NCBI GenBank assembly: GCA_963815115.1
Contig: CAWFFN010000005.1
Span: 928,001-992,000, forward strand
DNA length: 64,000 bases
Source: an uncultured delta proteobacterium
GTDB lineage: Bacteria > Desulfobacterota > Binatia > DP-6
Direction of reading: 5' to 3'
The notes under the pieces were generated by a model. It was given only the letters and a program-made list of their open reading frames with translations. It searched no databases and was not told the origin of the DNA. This document shows, piece after piece, positions 38,479 to 48,687 of the stretch. The stretch's first letter is position 1, and each line of letters begins with the position of its first letter. The position numbers were made by a program, and so were the translations under genes.

Positions 38479-40141
38479 TCGCTCCCTCGGCCGCGGAGGT
38501 GACGAGCGCGACGTACTTGGCGAACACGCCGCCGGTGTAGCGTGGCGCCGGGGGGCGCCAGCGGGCGCGACGCTCCGCCAGCATCGCCTCCGGCACGTCG
38601 AGATCGAGACGGCGCTCGGCGACGTCGAAGCGGATCTGATCGCCCTCCTCGACCAGCGCGATGGGTCCACCCACCTGCGCCTCGGGTGCCACGTGCCCCG
38701 CCATGAGTCCTCGGGTGGCGCCGCTGAAGCGACCGTCGGTGAGGAGGGCCACGCTCTCTCCGAGGCCCGCGCCCATGATCGCGGCCGTCACGCCGAGCAT
38801 CTCGCGCATGCCGGGTCCGCCGCGCGGCCCCTCGTAACGGATCACGACGACGTCGCCGGGCCGGATCCGTCCAGCCAGCACCGCGGCCATGGCGTCCTCC
38901 TCGCGCTCGAAGAGCCGGGCCGGGCCGCGATGCTGGAGGCGCTCGTGCCCGGCGACCTTCACGACGCAGCCCTCGGGCGCGAGCGAGCCCTTCAGGATGA
39001 CCAGGCCGCCGGTCGGCTTGATCGGCCGGTCGAGCGGCCACACCACGTCCTGGCCCGGGGTCTCGTGCGCGCGCGCCGCCTCCTCCGCGAACGTGCGTCC
39101 GGTGACGGTCACCGCGTCGCCGTCGACCAGCCGCGCCTCGACCAGGCGGCGCGCGACGACGCCGGTTCCTCCCGCCCGCTCGAGGTCGACGGCGGTGTAC
39201 TTTCCGCCGGGCTGCATGTCGGCCCACAGCGGCGTGCGCTGGCCGATGGGATCGAAGTCGTCGATGGTGAGCGGCACCCCGGCCTCGCGCGCGATGGCGA
39301 GCAGGTGGAGCACGGCGTTGGTCGAGCCACCGGTCGCGTTGACGCCGGCGATGGCGTTCTCGAGAGCGCCGCGCGTGACGATCTGGCGCGGCAGGAGGCC
39401 GCGCCGGAGGATATCCATCGCGAGCCGCCCCGCGTCCTCGGCCACGACGTCCTTCGCCCGGTCGGTCGCGGCGATGCTGGCCGATCCCATGGGAGAGAGG
39501 CCGAGGAACTCGAGCGCCATCGCCATGGTGTTGGCGGTGAACTGACCGCCGCAGGCTCCCGGTCCCGGGCAGGCGCGGTCCTCCAGCTCCTTCAGATCGG
39601 CATCCGACAGCTTGCCGGCGGCGTGCGCGCCCACCGCCTCGAACAGGTTCAGCACCGTCACCGACTGGCCCCGGAAGCTGCCGGGCTGGATCGACCCGCC
39701 GTAGAGCACGAGACCGGGGACGTCGAGGCGCAGCAGCGCCATCGCGCCGCCCGGGATGGTCTTGTCACAGCCCACCAGCACGACGAGCGCGTCGAACATG
39801 TGTCCGCGGGCCACCAGCTCGATGGAGTCGGCGATCACCTCGCGGGACACGAGAGAGGTCTTCATGCCCTCGGTGCCCATGGTGATGCCGTCGCTGATGG
39901 CGATGGTGTTGAACTCCATCGGCGTGCCGCCGGCCTCGCGCACGCCGCGCTTCACGTGCTCGGCGAGCGCGCGCAGCGTGAAGTTGCACGGCATGGTCTC
40001 GGTCCAGGTGCTCGCGATGCCGACGATGGGGCGCCCGATGTCGCGATCGGTGAGGCCGATCGCCTTCAGGTAGGACCGGGCGGGAGCGCGGTCGGGGCCG
40101 TCGTAGAGCGTGCGGCTGCGGCGGCGAAGGTCCTCTGCCAT
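38462..40141 (-). CDS. ilvD: Dihydroxy-acid dehydratase
   Basis: [59 protein letters not shown]. Confidence 0.97.
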   Translation of the reverse strand: MAEDLRRRSRTLYDGPDRAPARSYLKAIGLTDRDIGRPIVGIASTWTETMPCNFTLRALAEHVKRGVREAGGTPMEFNTIAISDGITMGTEGMKTSLVSREVIADSIELVARGHMFDALVVLVGCDKTIPGGAMALLRLDVPGLVLYGGSIQPGSFRGQSVTVLNLFEAVGAHAAGKLSDADLKELEDRACPGPGACGGQFTANTMAMALEFLGLSPMGSASIAATDRAKDVVAEDAGRLAMDILRRGLLPRQIVTRGALENAIAGVNATGGSTNAVLHLLAIAREAGVPLTIDDFDPIGQRTPLWADMQPGGKYTAVDLERAGGTGVVARRLVEARLVDGDAVTVTGRTFAEEAARAHETPGQDVVWPLDRPIKPTGGLVILKGSLAPEGCVVKVAGHERLQHRGPARLFEREEDAMAAVLAGRIRPGDVVVIRYEGPRGGPGMREMLGVTAAIMGAGLGESVALLTDGRFSGATRGLMAGHVAPEAQVGGPIALVEEGDQIRFDVAERRLDLDVPEAMLAERRARWRPPAPRYTGGVFAKYVALVTSAAEGAITRPT

Positions 40142-40218
40142 GGTGCCCGGAGATTGACGCCGGGGGCCGCCCCGGTCAAATAGGGTCAGCGTCGCACTCG
40201 ACGAGGAGGGAACGGACC

Positions 40219-40707
40219 ATGGCGATCAAGGCCGGTGACACGCTGCCCGCGGACGTGAAGCTCATGGAGATGGGAGACGCGGGCCCGAAGCAGGTGACGG
40301 TGGGCGAGCTCACGAAGGGCAAGACCGTCGTGTTCTTCGCCGTTCCGGGTGCCTTCACCCCCACCTGCTCGATGAAGCACCTGCCGGGCTTCGTCGACAA
40401 GGCGGGCGACATCCGCAACAAGGGCGTGGACGAGATCGTCTGTCTGTCGGTGAACGATGCCTTCGTCATGGGAGCGTGGGGCAAGGAGCACGGCGCCGGC
40501 GACAAGGTCCGCATGGTCGCCGACGGCAACGGCGACTTCACGCGCGCCGTCGGCCTCGAGATGGACGCCAGCGGGTTCGGTATGGGCTCGCGTTCGAAGC
40601 GGTACGCCATGCTGGTGAAGGACGGGAAGGTGACCGAGCTTCTCGTCGAGCCGGCGGGCGGCCTCAACGTGTCGAGCGCGGAGTCGGTGCTCGGCAAGCT
40701 CGGCTGA
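40219..40707 (+). CDS. Peroxiredoxin (Prx5/Redoxin type)
   Basis: [31 protein letters not shown]; GAGGAGG SD. Confidence 0.95.
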   Translation: MAIKAGDTLPADVKLMEMGDAGPKQVTVGELTKGKTVVFFAVPGAFTPTCSMKHLPGFVDKAGDIRNKGVDEIVCLSVNDAFVMGAWGKEHGAGDKVRMVADGNGDFTRAVGLEMDASGFGMGSRSKRYAMLVKDGKVTELLVEPAGGLNVSSAESVLGKLG

Positions 40708-40780
40708 GCGGGCACCCCGCCCGCGCCACCCGATCGTGCGCTGGAGTCCGCTCCGGCGCCGCGCGGGTGATCCATTCGAC

Positions 40781-41923
40781 ATGGTGGGCTCCGGACGGCT
40801 GCTCGAGCTGATCGGCCTGGCGTACGACGCTGCCGCCGATCCCACCCGCTGGTCCGTCTGCCTCTCCGCCCTCGGCGAGGCACTGCGGTGCCCGGCCATC
40901 GGCGTATTCCCGCTCGAGCCGGGTCCGGCGAACTCGTACGCGAGCCTGTGCGTGGGCCATGATCCCGTGCTGCTCGCGCGCTACGACACCTACTACGGGC
41001 GGCCCGACGTCAACCCGTACACCCAGCGATCCGAGCCATGGATGCTGGCGCCGGGCACCGTGGTGCGCGCCGAGGCGGTGTGCCCGGATCGCGAGCTCCA
41101 CCGCACCGAGTACTTCGAGGACTGGCTGCGGCCGCAGGGTCTCGGCGCAGGCGGTTTCGCCATCGTCGGCACCCCGCGCCAGCCCGTGGTGCTGAGCTTC
41201 GCGCGCGCACCTGCGCGCGGCCATCTCGGCATGCAGGAGGTCGCGCTGGTGCGAGCGCTGGTGCCGCACATCGGGCGAGCGCTCGCGCTGGGAGAGCACC
41301 TCGAGCGGCTCGAGGCGGAGCACGACGCGCGCAGCGCAGCGCTCGACCGCGTCGGCGTCGGCGTCATCCTGGTCGACGCGAGCGCTCGACCGCTGCTGAT
41401 GAACCACCGCGCCCAGACGCTCCTGGACGCGTGCGACGGTCTCGGCGTCGGTCGCGACGGGCTCGTCACCATGCGGCGGGAGACGACCGACACGTTGCAC
41501 CGGCTGGTCGCGGAAGCGGCGGACACGACCCAGGGGCGCGGCACCGCGGCCGGGGGTGCGCTGATCCTTCCCCGGCCGTCCGGCCTGCGGCCGCTGATGG
41601 CGCTGGTGACACCGTTCGCACGCGATCGCTGGCCGGTGCGCGGGGTCGCCGCCGCGGGGGTGCTGGTGAGCGACCCCGAGGACGTCACGCCACCGCCCGT
41701 CGAGGTGCTGCGCCGCCTCTGGGGTCTGACGGCAGCCGAGGCGGCGCTCGCGTGTCAGCTTGCCGCGGGCCGGAGCCTCGAGGAGGCGGCGCAGGTGCTC
41801 GCCGTGCGCCTGCCGACCGTCCGGACGCAGCTGGCGCGCATCTTCGCGAAGACGGGCACCCGCCGGCAGGCCGAGCTGATCCGCCTGCTCGTGGGTGGCA
41901 TTGCTCCGCCGCTCGTCTTCTGA
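40781..41923 (+). CDS. GAF/PAS-LuxR-type HTH transcriptional regulator
   Basis: YDAAADP..W, TEYFEDWL, GLTAAEA...TVRTQL..IFAKTGTRRQAEL. Confidence 0.88.
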   Translation: MVGSGRLLELIGLAYDAAADPTRWSVCLSALGEALRCPAIGVFPLEPGPANSYASLCVGHDPVLLARYDTYYGRPDVNPYTQRSEPWMLAPGTVVRAEAVCPDRELHRTEYFEDWLRPQGLGAGGFAIVGTPRQPVVLSFARAPARGHLGMQEVALVRALVPHIGRALALGEHLERLEAEHDARSAALDRVGVGVILVDASARPLLMNHRAQTLLDACDGLGVGRDGLVTMRRETTDTLHRLVAEAADTTQGRGTAAGGALILPRPSGLRPLMALVTPFARDRWPVRGVAAAGVLVSDPEDVTPPPVEVLRRLWGLTAAEAALACQLAAGRSLEEAAQVLAVRLPTVRTQLARIFAKTGTRRQAELIRLLVGGIAPPLVF

Positions 41924-41935
41924 GCGGCGCCCGGC

Positions 41936-42304
41936 TCAGCTCTCGTCGCGGCCCCCGCTACCGGTGAAGCGGTCGGCAGGGTCGGCGAAGAGCACGTTGA
42001 ACGTCGTGAGGCTGCCGTAGATGCGGGTGATGTAATCCTGGAGCTGCAGCCGGTCCTCGTCGGACAGCTTGGGATGGCCGTTGATGCGCTGCTCGAGCAC
42101 CCGGAGCTTCTCGCGCACGGCGATGATCTTGCGGAAGAAGCTCTCGATGGGCACGACCTTCTCCTGCGTGCCTGCCTTCCCGGGCCGCAGCACGAGCTGG
42201 CCACCGGTCCAGCGCTCGGCGATCTCGCCGGTGACCGATTCCTCGGCGTGCATCACCGCCTTCACGGCCTGCACGATCTTGCGTACGTCGCCGTCGTCGA
42301 GCAT
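41936..42304 (-). CDS. Conserved-type hypothetical protein coupled to ccr
   Basis: 122 aa: PIESFFRKII.VREKLRVLEQ.IN.H...YITRIYGSLTTFNVLF; TGATG overlap with ccr stop. Confidence 0.8.
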   Translation of the reverse strand: MLDDGDVRKIVQAVKAVMHAEESVTGEIAERWTGGQLVLRPGKAGTQEKVVPIESFFRKIIAVREKLRVLEQRINGHPKLSDEDRLQLQDYITRIYGSLTTFNVLFADPADRFTGSGGRDES

Positions 42305-43560
42305 CAGCGGGAGGTGTCCATCTGCCCGGCGGCGGTCGCGTTCACCAGCACCCCCATGTTCCCGTGCGGGTGGCGGTTGTCGTGCATGAGCTGGTGCACG
42401 CGGGGAATCTCGTCGAACGGGAAGGTCTGCGACAGGCAGGGATCGACCTTGCGCGCTCGCACCAGGTCGTTCAGCGCCCGCGCGTCGTCGTCGTTCGCGA
42501 AGTGGGAGCCCTGGAAGCGCTTCTGCCGCATCCAGTGGTAGCGCAGATCGAGGGTGGCGTTGTAGCCGCTGGTGCCGGCGCAGATCACCACCATGCCGCC
42601 GGTGTCGCAGACGAAGATGGAGGTGGGCACGGTATCCTCGCCCGGGTGCTCGAACACCAGGCGGGGGCTCCTGCGCTCGCCGACCGCTTCCCACAGCGCC
42701 GCGCCAAAGGCGCGCGCGCCCTTGAGCCACTCGCCGTAGGCCGCGCCGTCCTTCCAGTGCGGCAGCATGCCCCAGTGGGAGAAGTGCTTGCGGTTGACGG
42801 TGCCCTTCGCACCGAGCTTGGTGCAGAAGTCGATCTTGTCGTCGCTCGAGATGACGGCGACGGGGATGCCGCCTGCGGCACGCGCGATCTGGATGGCCTG
42901 GCAGCCGAGCCCGCCGGCCCCGCCCCAGACCAGCACCACGTCACCCGACCGCACCGTGTGCGGGGGCCAGCTCATCAGCATGCGGTAGGCCGTGGCCCCG
43001 ACCAGCATGTAGGCCGCAGCCGCATCCCAGGAGAGGTGCTCGGGCTTCGGCAGGCACTGGTGCGCCTGCACGCGCGTGAACTGGGCGAAGCTTCCCCAGT
43101 TGTTCTCGTAGCCCCAGATGCGGAAGGTGGGGCTGAACATCGGGTCGGTGCCGGCCTTCACCGCGGGGCAGTCCGCCTTCCACATGCCGCAGTGGATCAC
43201 CACGCGGTCGCCGACCTTCACGCTGGTGACCGCGCTTCCGATCTTCCACACGATGCCCGACGCATCGCTGCCCCCGATGTGGAAGGGCGAATCGTCGGGC
43301 CAGTCCTTGTCACGCTGATGTGCCTTGATGACGTCGACCGGCGAGCCCAGCCCGGCCCAGACGTTGTTGTAGTTGATGCCGGCGGCCATGACCCAGACCA
43401 GCACCTCGTCGGGCTGCAGGTCGGCGGGCGTGGCGATCTCCTCGATCTCGAACGCCTGCATCGGCTGGCCGAAGCGCTCCTGGCGGATCACCTGCGCCAG
43501 CATGCGGGGAGGCACCTCGCCGAGCGGCGGCGTGTCTCCGAGCTGGTAGAGGTCCTTCAT
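42304..43560 (-). CDS. ccr: Crotonyl-CoA carboxylase/reductase
   Basis: [57 protein letters not shown]. Confidence 0.95.
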   Translation of the reverse strand: MKDLYQLGDTPPLGEVPPRMLAQVIRQERFGQPMQAFEIEEIATPADLQPDEVLVWVMAAGINYNNVWAGLGSPVDVIKAHQRDKDWPDDSPFHIGGSDASGIVWKIGSAVTSVKVGDRVVIHCGMWKADCPAVKAGTDPMFSPTFRIWGYENNWGSFAQFTRVQAHQCLPKPEHLSWDAAAAYMLVGATAYRMLMSWPPHTVRSGDVVLVWGGAGGLGCQAIQIARAAGGIPVAVISSDDKIDFCTKLGAKGTVNRKHFSHWGMLPHWKDGAAYGEWLKGARAFGAALWEAVGERRSPRLVFEHPGEDTVPTSIFVCDTGGMVVICAGTSGYNATLDLRYHWMRQKRFQGSHFANDDDARALNDLVRARKVDPCLSQTFPFDEIPRVHQLMHDNRHPHGNMGVLVNATAAGQMDTSR

Positions 43561-43586
43561 GCGTGTGGTCTCCCGGGCAGGTCCGG

Positions 43587-44276
43587 TCAGAACCGGAGCG
43601 GGCTCATCACGGAGAGAAACTCGGTCAGGGTCCTGAAGCGCATCATCGGGTTGGTGCGCTTCTCCTCGCCGATGGTCGAGGAGCTGTCGGCGGCGTAGTT
43701 GTGTCCCGGAAAGAGCCGCGTGTCGTCGGGCAGCCCGGCGAGCACGTCGTGCAGGCTGCGGTACATGTCCTCCGGATTCGATCCCGGCAGATCGACACGC
43801 CCGCACGAGCCGATGAAGAGCGTGTCGCCCGAGACCACGGCGTTCCCGACGAGGAAGCATTGCGAGCCCGGCGTGTGCCCCGGGGTGTGGAGGAGCTTCA
43901 CCTTGAGCTGGCCGATCGTCACGTCGTCGCCGCCCTCGACTGCGATCAGGTCGGAGTCGGAGAGCCCGGTGAGCCGGTGCACGAACGGCAGCTCGGCCTT
44001 GTGGATGACCACCTTCGCGGGCACCCGGGCCACCAGCTCCGCGGCGCCGATGACGCTGTTGCCCATGAACGCTCCGCCCAGGTGATCGGGGTGGAAGTGG
44101 CTGACGAGATCGTGCGTGATGCGATAGCCGTCGGCCTCGGCGGTCTCGACGATCGTGTCGATGTCCCACGCCGCGTCGACCACCGCGGCCTCGTGGGTAT
44201 GCGGATCGCCGAGCAGGTAGACGTAGTTCTGCATCGGCCCGAGCTCGAGCTGCTTGAAGTAGATGGGTTGCTTCAT
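43587..44276 (-). CDS. MBL-fold hydrolase (glyoxalase II-like)
   Basis: [27 protein letters not shown]. Confidence 0.9.
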   Translation of the reverse strand: MKQPIYFKQLELGPMQNYVYLLGDPHTHEAAVVDAAWDIDTIVETAEADGYRITHDLVSHFHPDHLGGAFMGNSVIGAAELVARVPAKVVIHKAELPFVHRLTGLSDSDLIAVEGGDDVTIGQLKVKLLHTPGHTPGSQCFLVGNAVVSGDTLFIGSCGRVDLPGSNPEDMYRSLHDVLAGLPDDTRLFPGHNYAADSSSTIGEEKRTNPMMRFRTLTEFLSVMSPLRF

Positions 44277-44896
44277 GAGGAGGTCTTCCTGGCCTTCAGG
44301 GCCTCGCGCTCGAGCGGCCGCTCCCAGAGATATTCCTGCTCGCCCAGGCGGTGTCCGATCCAGCGCGAGAGCACGAACAGCAGATCGGAGAGGCGGTTCA
44401 GGTAGGCGAGCGGCTGATCGCCGATCGCCTCGTGGCGCATCAGGCGCAGGACGTCGCGCTCGGCGCGCCGGCAAACGGTGCGGGCCACGTGGAGCAGCGC
44501 GCTCACCCGGCCGCCGCCCGGAAGAATGAACGAGCGCAGCGGAGCGAGCTCCTCCTGACAGTGGTCCATGACCTGCTCGAGTGCCGTCACCTCGGCGGTG
44601 CCGACGCGGAACATGCCGGGCTGGAGGGCCGCCGGCGGCGTGGCCAGCTCGGCGCCGAGATCGAAGAGCTCGCTCTGCAGGCGCCGCAACACGACGTCGA
44701 GCTCGCGGCAGGCGGGCGAGCGTTCGAGCTCGGCGGCGTTGAAGGCCCGCGCCACGCCGACGGCCGCGTTGAGCTCGTCCACGGCGCCGTAGGCGTCGAT
44801 CCGGAGCGCATCCTTCGGGATACGCGCGCCGCCGACGAGATCGGTCTCGCCCTGGTCGCCGCGTCGCGTGTAGACGCGCGTGATCCGGATCGCCAC
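44273..44896 (-). CDS. pduO: ATP:cob(I)alamin adenosyltransferase (PduO type)
   Basis: [41 protein letters not shown]. Confidence 0.93.
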   Translation of the reverse strand: MAIRITRVYTRRGDQGETDLVGGARIPKDALRIDAYGAVDELNAAVGVARAFNAAELERSPACRELDVVLRRLQSELFDLGAELATPPAALQPGMFRVGTAEVTALEQVMDHCQEELAPLRSFILPGGGRVSALLHVARTVCRRAERDVLRLMRHEAIGDQPLAYLNRLSDLLFVLSRWIGHRLGEQEYLWERPLEREALKARKTSS

Positions 44897-44951
44897 GGCT
44901 CCATTCCTACCGTCGCCCGCCGGGGGTTGTCCACCCGCGGCACGCGCCGGC

Positions 44952-46076
44952 TCAGGCCGGCATGTTGTCGGGACGGCGCGCGTGTCGCTTGATGATGGTG
45001 CGCAGCTTTTGGGGGTCGATCGGCTTCTTGTAGACGACGTCTTCCAGGCCGGCGAGCTTGCTGCGCTTGATGATGTGGTCCTTGTCGAAGTGGAAGGCGG
45101 TCATCAGGACCACGGGCAGCCCCGGGTGCCTGGCGCGCACCTCCTGGAAGAGCTCGTGGCCGTCGAGGTCGGGCATGACGACGTCGCTCAGCACGAGGTC
45201 GACGGCCTCGGTGTCGAGGCGGGCGAGGCCCTCGCGTCCGCCCGTTGCCACGAGCACGTCGCAGCCTTCCTGCGTGAGCAGATCGCGTAACGACTGGCAG
45301 ACGCCGAGATCGTCGTCGACCACGAGGATGCGCACGCCCGCGAGCTCCGAGTCGGCCGCGTCCCGGCGCGGCGAGGTGGACGCGTTGGCAGCGGCCACCG
45401 GCGCGCTCCCGAGGTCGGTCATCTCGCGCCCGGGGAGGTACTCGCGTGTGGCGTACTCCGTGCCTTCCGCGAGCTCGGTGAGCCGGGTCACGATGTGCTG
45501 GATACGGGCGATGGCGGCGTTGGTCGAGTCGAAGCGCTCGCTTTCGACGATGAAGTCCTCGTCCGAGCTGACGCGCGCCATGTGCTTCTCGACCAGGTTC
45601 AAGTTGTTGACGATGACCTCGAGCGGGTTGTTGATCTCGTGCGCGACGCCGAGGGCGACCTCGCCCAGCGTGACCAGCCGATCGTGGCGCCGGATCTGGC
45701 GCAGGTCCTTGGCGAAGCCGATCGAGCCGAGCTCGACGCCGTCGTCGGTATTGATCAGCGAGCCCGAGATGGCGACCGGCATGATGACGCCGCTCCGGTC
45801 GACGAACGTGGTCTCGAAGTTCCGCACCTTGCCGGGTGCCTGAGCGCCGTACCCCTCGCGCATGGCGATCATCACCTTGCGGGCCTCGGCGAGATCGGGA
45901 TACAGGCGCGTGACGTGCTGGCCGAGCACCTCGTCCTGCGAGTAGCCGAGGGTGCTGCGCGCCCCGTCGTTGTAGAAGATGATGATGCCGTGCCGGTCGA
46001 CCGCGACGACGATGTCCGGCGAGCTCTCGAGCAGCTTCTCGAAGTAGATGGCGGGGAGGCGGGAGACGGGCTCCAT
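44952..46076 (-). CDS. PAS-HisKA-receiver signalling protein lacking HATPase domain
   Basis: PAS (FYNDGA..LGY), VAHEINNPL H-box, short linker, REC (ILVVDDD, LSDVVMPDLDG, KPI). Confidence 0.88.
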   Translation of the reverse strand: MEPVSRLPAIYFEKLLESSPDIVVAVDRHGIIIFYNDGARSTLGYSQDEVLGQHVTRLYPDLAEARKVMIAMREGYGAQAPGKVRNFETTFVDRSGVIMPVAISGSLINTDDGVELGSIGFAKDLRQIRRHDRLVTLGEVALGVAHEINNPLEVIVNNLNLVEKHMARVSSDEDFIVESERFDSTNAAIARIQHIVTRLTELAEGTEYATREYLPGREMTDLGSAPVAAANASTSPRRDAADSELAGVRILVVDDDLGVCQSLRDLLTQEGCDVLVATGGREGLARLDTEAVDLVLSDVVMPDLDGHELFQEVRARHPGLPVVLMTAFHFDKDHIIKRSKLAGLEDVVYKKPIDPQKLRTIIKRHARRPDNMPA

Positions 46077-46092
46077 GCGGAGGCGACTGGGC

Positions 46093-46614
46093 ATGGTAGG
46101 GCCCGCAACGGCGTGGGTCAAGGGAATCGCCGTGCTGCTCGCGGTCGCGGGCGGGGGCTGCTTCTGGCGCTCCTACGCGCCACGGCTGCGCACCCACAGC
46201 GAGCTCATGGTGGCAATCGCGCGCAAGGGCGTCGACCTGGTGCGCGGCGACCGGCTGACGGCCGAGAACATGCCCGAGCTCACCTACCCCCTCGAACGCG
46301 CCGAAGCCTTCGCCCGGAGTGCGCACGCGCGGGTGGGGAATGCGGTGCCGCCCTCGCTCGCCGCCTTCGACACGCTGATCGCGCGTTACCGAGCCCTCGT
46401 GGACACCCTCGACAGCACGCGGCGTACACAGCGCGGCGAGGAGGCGGGGGCGACGCTCGCGGCGCCGCTCGCTGCGGTCGAGGACGCCGGGCGTGCCGTC
46501 GAGGACGCGCTCCGCGCCGAGCATCGCGGGGCGGCGACGGACGCTCAGCCGCGCGGCATCAGCACGACGCGCTTGTCGTCCTTCACGGTCGCGAGCATCG
46601 TCGACACCGTCTGA
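46093..46614 (+). CDS. Putative lipoprotein
   Basis: IAVLLAVAGGGC lipobox-like; helical body; 3' end overlaps folK. Confidence 0.6.
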   Translation: MVGPATAWVKGIAVLLAVAGGGCFWRSYAPRLRTHSELMVAIARKGVDLVRGDRLTAENMPELTYPLERAEAFARSAHARVGNAVPPSLAAFDTLIARYRALVDTLDSTRRTQRGEEAGATLAAPLAAVEDAGRAVEDALRAEHRGAATDAQPRGISTTRLSSFTVASIVDTV

Positions 46615-47042
46615 CCGAGCTGCGGGTGGATCACCTGCGGCGCCAGCTCGGCGAGCGGCAGCAGCACGAAGCGCCGCTTGTGCATCTCGGGATGCGGGAT
46701 CTTGAGCGTGCGCTTGTCGACGACGTCCTGATCGAACAGCAGGATGTCGAGGTCGATGATGCGCGATCCCCAGCGCTTGCCCTTCACGCGCTTGCGGCCC
46801 ATCGCCTCCTCGATCGCTTTCAGCTTCTTGAGCAGCGCGTCGGGGGCGAGGTCGCTCTCGAGCTCGATGACGCTGTTGACGAACCAGGTCTTCGCGTTGC
46901 CGAGCGGCTCGCTCTCGTACAGGGACGAGGCGCGCACGACGCGCGTGCCGGGGAGCTTGGAGACCTTCTCGATGGCCTCCGCCGTGTTCGCCCTCCGGTC
47001 ACCGAGATTCGACCCGATGCCGATGTGCACGCGGTGCGGCAT
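46545..47042 (-). CDS. folK: 2-amino-4-hydroxy-6-hydroxymethyldihydropteridine diphosphokinase
   Basis: IGIGSNLGDR, SSLYESEP, RIIDLDILLF, PHPEM..RRFVL.PL. Confidence 0.96.
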   Translation of the reverse strand: MPHRVHIGIGSNLGDRRANTAEAIEKVSKLPGTRVVRASSLYESEPLGNAKTWFVNSVIELESDLAPDALLKKLKAIEEAMGRKRVKGKRWGSRIIDLDILLFDQDVVDKRTLKIPHPEMHKRRFVLLPLAELAPQVIHPQLGQTVSTMLATVKDDKRVVLMPRG

Positions 47043-47171
47043 ACGCGGTCCCGCCTGCTCCTAGGGGGCGGGGTCCCCGGTGCTGAGTCCTCGCTCGTGG
47101 GCGGCGCTACACGACTGGATTTGCTCGGCTTTGTCGCTTTCCTGCGGCAAGCGAACCACGATTGGCGCGTG

Positions 47172-47200
47172 CTTCTAACCGACTCGGGCGCCGTTTACAA
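47172..47200 (-). promoter_or_regulatory. Putative sigma70 promoter for folK (TTGTAA-N17-TAGAAG)
   Basis: Correct spacing, ~125 nt upstream of ATG. Confidence 0.5.
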
Positions 47201-47231
47201 ACCGCGGCTCTCCCAGGCCGCGCCAACCGCC

Positions 47232-48593
47232 TCAGAGCGCTGCCTGGTAGGCGAAGCCGGGGCCTGTCGGCGGGCCGAGCAGGGGCGTGACCGTCGCCTC
47301 GTCCCCCAGGTAGTGCTCGACGAAGGGGACGACGTAGCGCAGCACGTCCGCATGCGCCTCGTCCTGCGTCAGCGTGGCGGGTGGATTGCAGTCCGGCGAG
47401 GGGAAGCACCCGTCGGAGAACGCGAAGTGCCCCGCGTGCTCGATCTCCACCAGGAGCTTCGGCGTGACCGAGGCGTCGTACGCCGTCCGGGTCAGGGTGT
47501 TGTTCACGACGCTGTCGATGCCGCCCAGCATGGTGAGCGAAGGAACCTCGAGATGGGGGTTCATGAGCGCGGCCGGCGCCATGGCGACGGCGACCTTCAC
47601 GCGCGGCTCGCGCTGGCTCACCAGGTAGACCGTGAGGCCGCCGAAGGAATGGCCCGTCATCGCCACCCGGCTGCCGTCGATCGCGCCGTTGAACGGCGAT
47701 GCGGGATCCTGCCCCGCGGCCAGGATCTGATCGAGCACGAAGATCATGTCGGCCGGGCGCTCGACGAACGACGTCACCTGGGCGGTGGCGGTCCCGCACG
47801 TCGACAGCTCGGCGATCGTGTTGCCCGGGTGTGGCGGGGCCACCACCACGAACCCCCGCGAGGCGAGCACCGAAGTGAGGAAGGTGCTCTGCGCCGGGTA
47901 GCCGCACGAGCCATGCGAGAAGAGCACCACCGGGTAGGGCCCGCCGCTCGGGTCGAGCGGCGCGTCGACGACCGCGCGGAACTGGCCGGAGATCGGAGCG
48001 CTGCCCTTCGGGGCGGGATACCAGATGACGGTGTCGAGCGTTCGCGGCGTGCCGGGCAGGAAGGCCGAGTCCTTGGTCCACGAGATGGTCCGCACGCCCG
48101 CGGCGAACGGCCCCTCGTCGCGTGGATCGAAGCACGTGCCCGCCGTCCACGTGACGACGTCGGTGCACGAGGTCTCGTCGGTGCACGCCGTGCGGTCGAT
48201 GCGCCGCGAGTCCTTGCAGGTCGCGGGCCGGGAGAGCTTGCACGACGGCGTCCCGGTGGCGGCGGTGGACACGCCTCCGCAGGCCACCTTGGCGCTGCCG
48301 CACGACGTCCCGCGAATGGTCGCCTTCGCCGCCTTCACGCAGGGCGCGCGCAGCGCGCCGGCGGTGATCCCGGCGCGCAGGGTGCCGCGGGCGCAGCGCT
48401 GGTAGCTTCGCCCGCTGGCGGCCTCGGCGCAGGGGCAGGCGGCCTCGGTGGTGTCCGCGAGGGCGGCCAGGCTTCGCTGATCCGCCAGGGTGGAGTCCCC
48501 CGTGAGACAGGCGTCGTCGGCCCATCCCCGGGCAGGCACGAGGAGGCAGCTCACCAGGAGGAGGAGGGAGAAGGACCGCATGCCGGGAGACAT
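47232..48593 (-). CDS. Secreted alpha/beta hydrolase (dienelactone hydrolase/PAF-AH-like) with Cys-rich N-terminal domain
   Basis: Signal peptide; WYPA, VLFSHG, GHSFGG, GGIDSV, AGHFAFSD. Confidence 0.87.
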   Translation of the reverse strand: MSPGMRSFSLLLLVSCLLVPARGWADDACLTGDSTLADQRSLAALADTTEAACPCAEAASGRSYQRCARGTLRAGITAGALRAPCVKAAKATIRGTSCGSAKVACGGVSTAATGTPSCKLSRPATCKDSRRIDRTACTDETSCTDVVTWTAGTCFDPRDEGPFAAGVRTISWTKDSAFLPGTPRTLDTVIWYPAPKGSAPISGQFRAVVDAPLDPSGGPYPVVLFSHGSCGYPAQSTFLTSVLASRGFVVVAPPHPGNTIAELSTCGTATAQVTSFVERPADMIFVLDQILAAGQDPASPFNGAIDGSRVAMTGHSFGGLTVYLVSQREPRVKVAVAMAPAALMNPHLEVPSLTMLGGIDSVVNNTLTRTAYDASVTPKLLVEIEHAGHFAFSDGCFPSPDCNPPATLTQDEAHADVLRYVVPFVEHYLGDEATVTPLLGPPTGPGFAYQAAL

Positions 48594-48687
48594 ACCGTGT
48601 CGGCGTGCTCTGTCCACGGACCGCGAGCCCTACGGTCAAACGAACGACCCAGGGGGTCGCGCGGCCCCTCCCAGCGGGCGTGCGGGC

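Noticed and set aside
40154-40179. TTGAC...GTCAA inverted repeat between ilvD and the peroxiredoxin gene as an FNR box
   Set aside because: The spacer is 16 nt rather than 4; more simply explained as overlapping divergent -35 elements
47050-47170. Possible tRNA or c-di-GMP/THF riboswitch upstream of folK
   Set aside because: No T-loop or cloverleaf, and the consensus elements do not match; kept only as an unexplained leader
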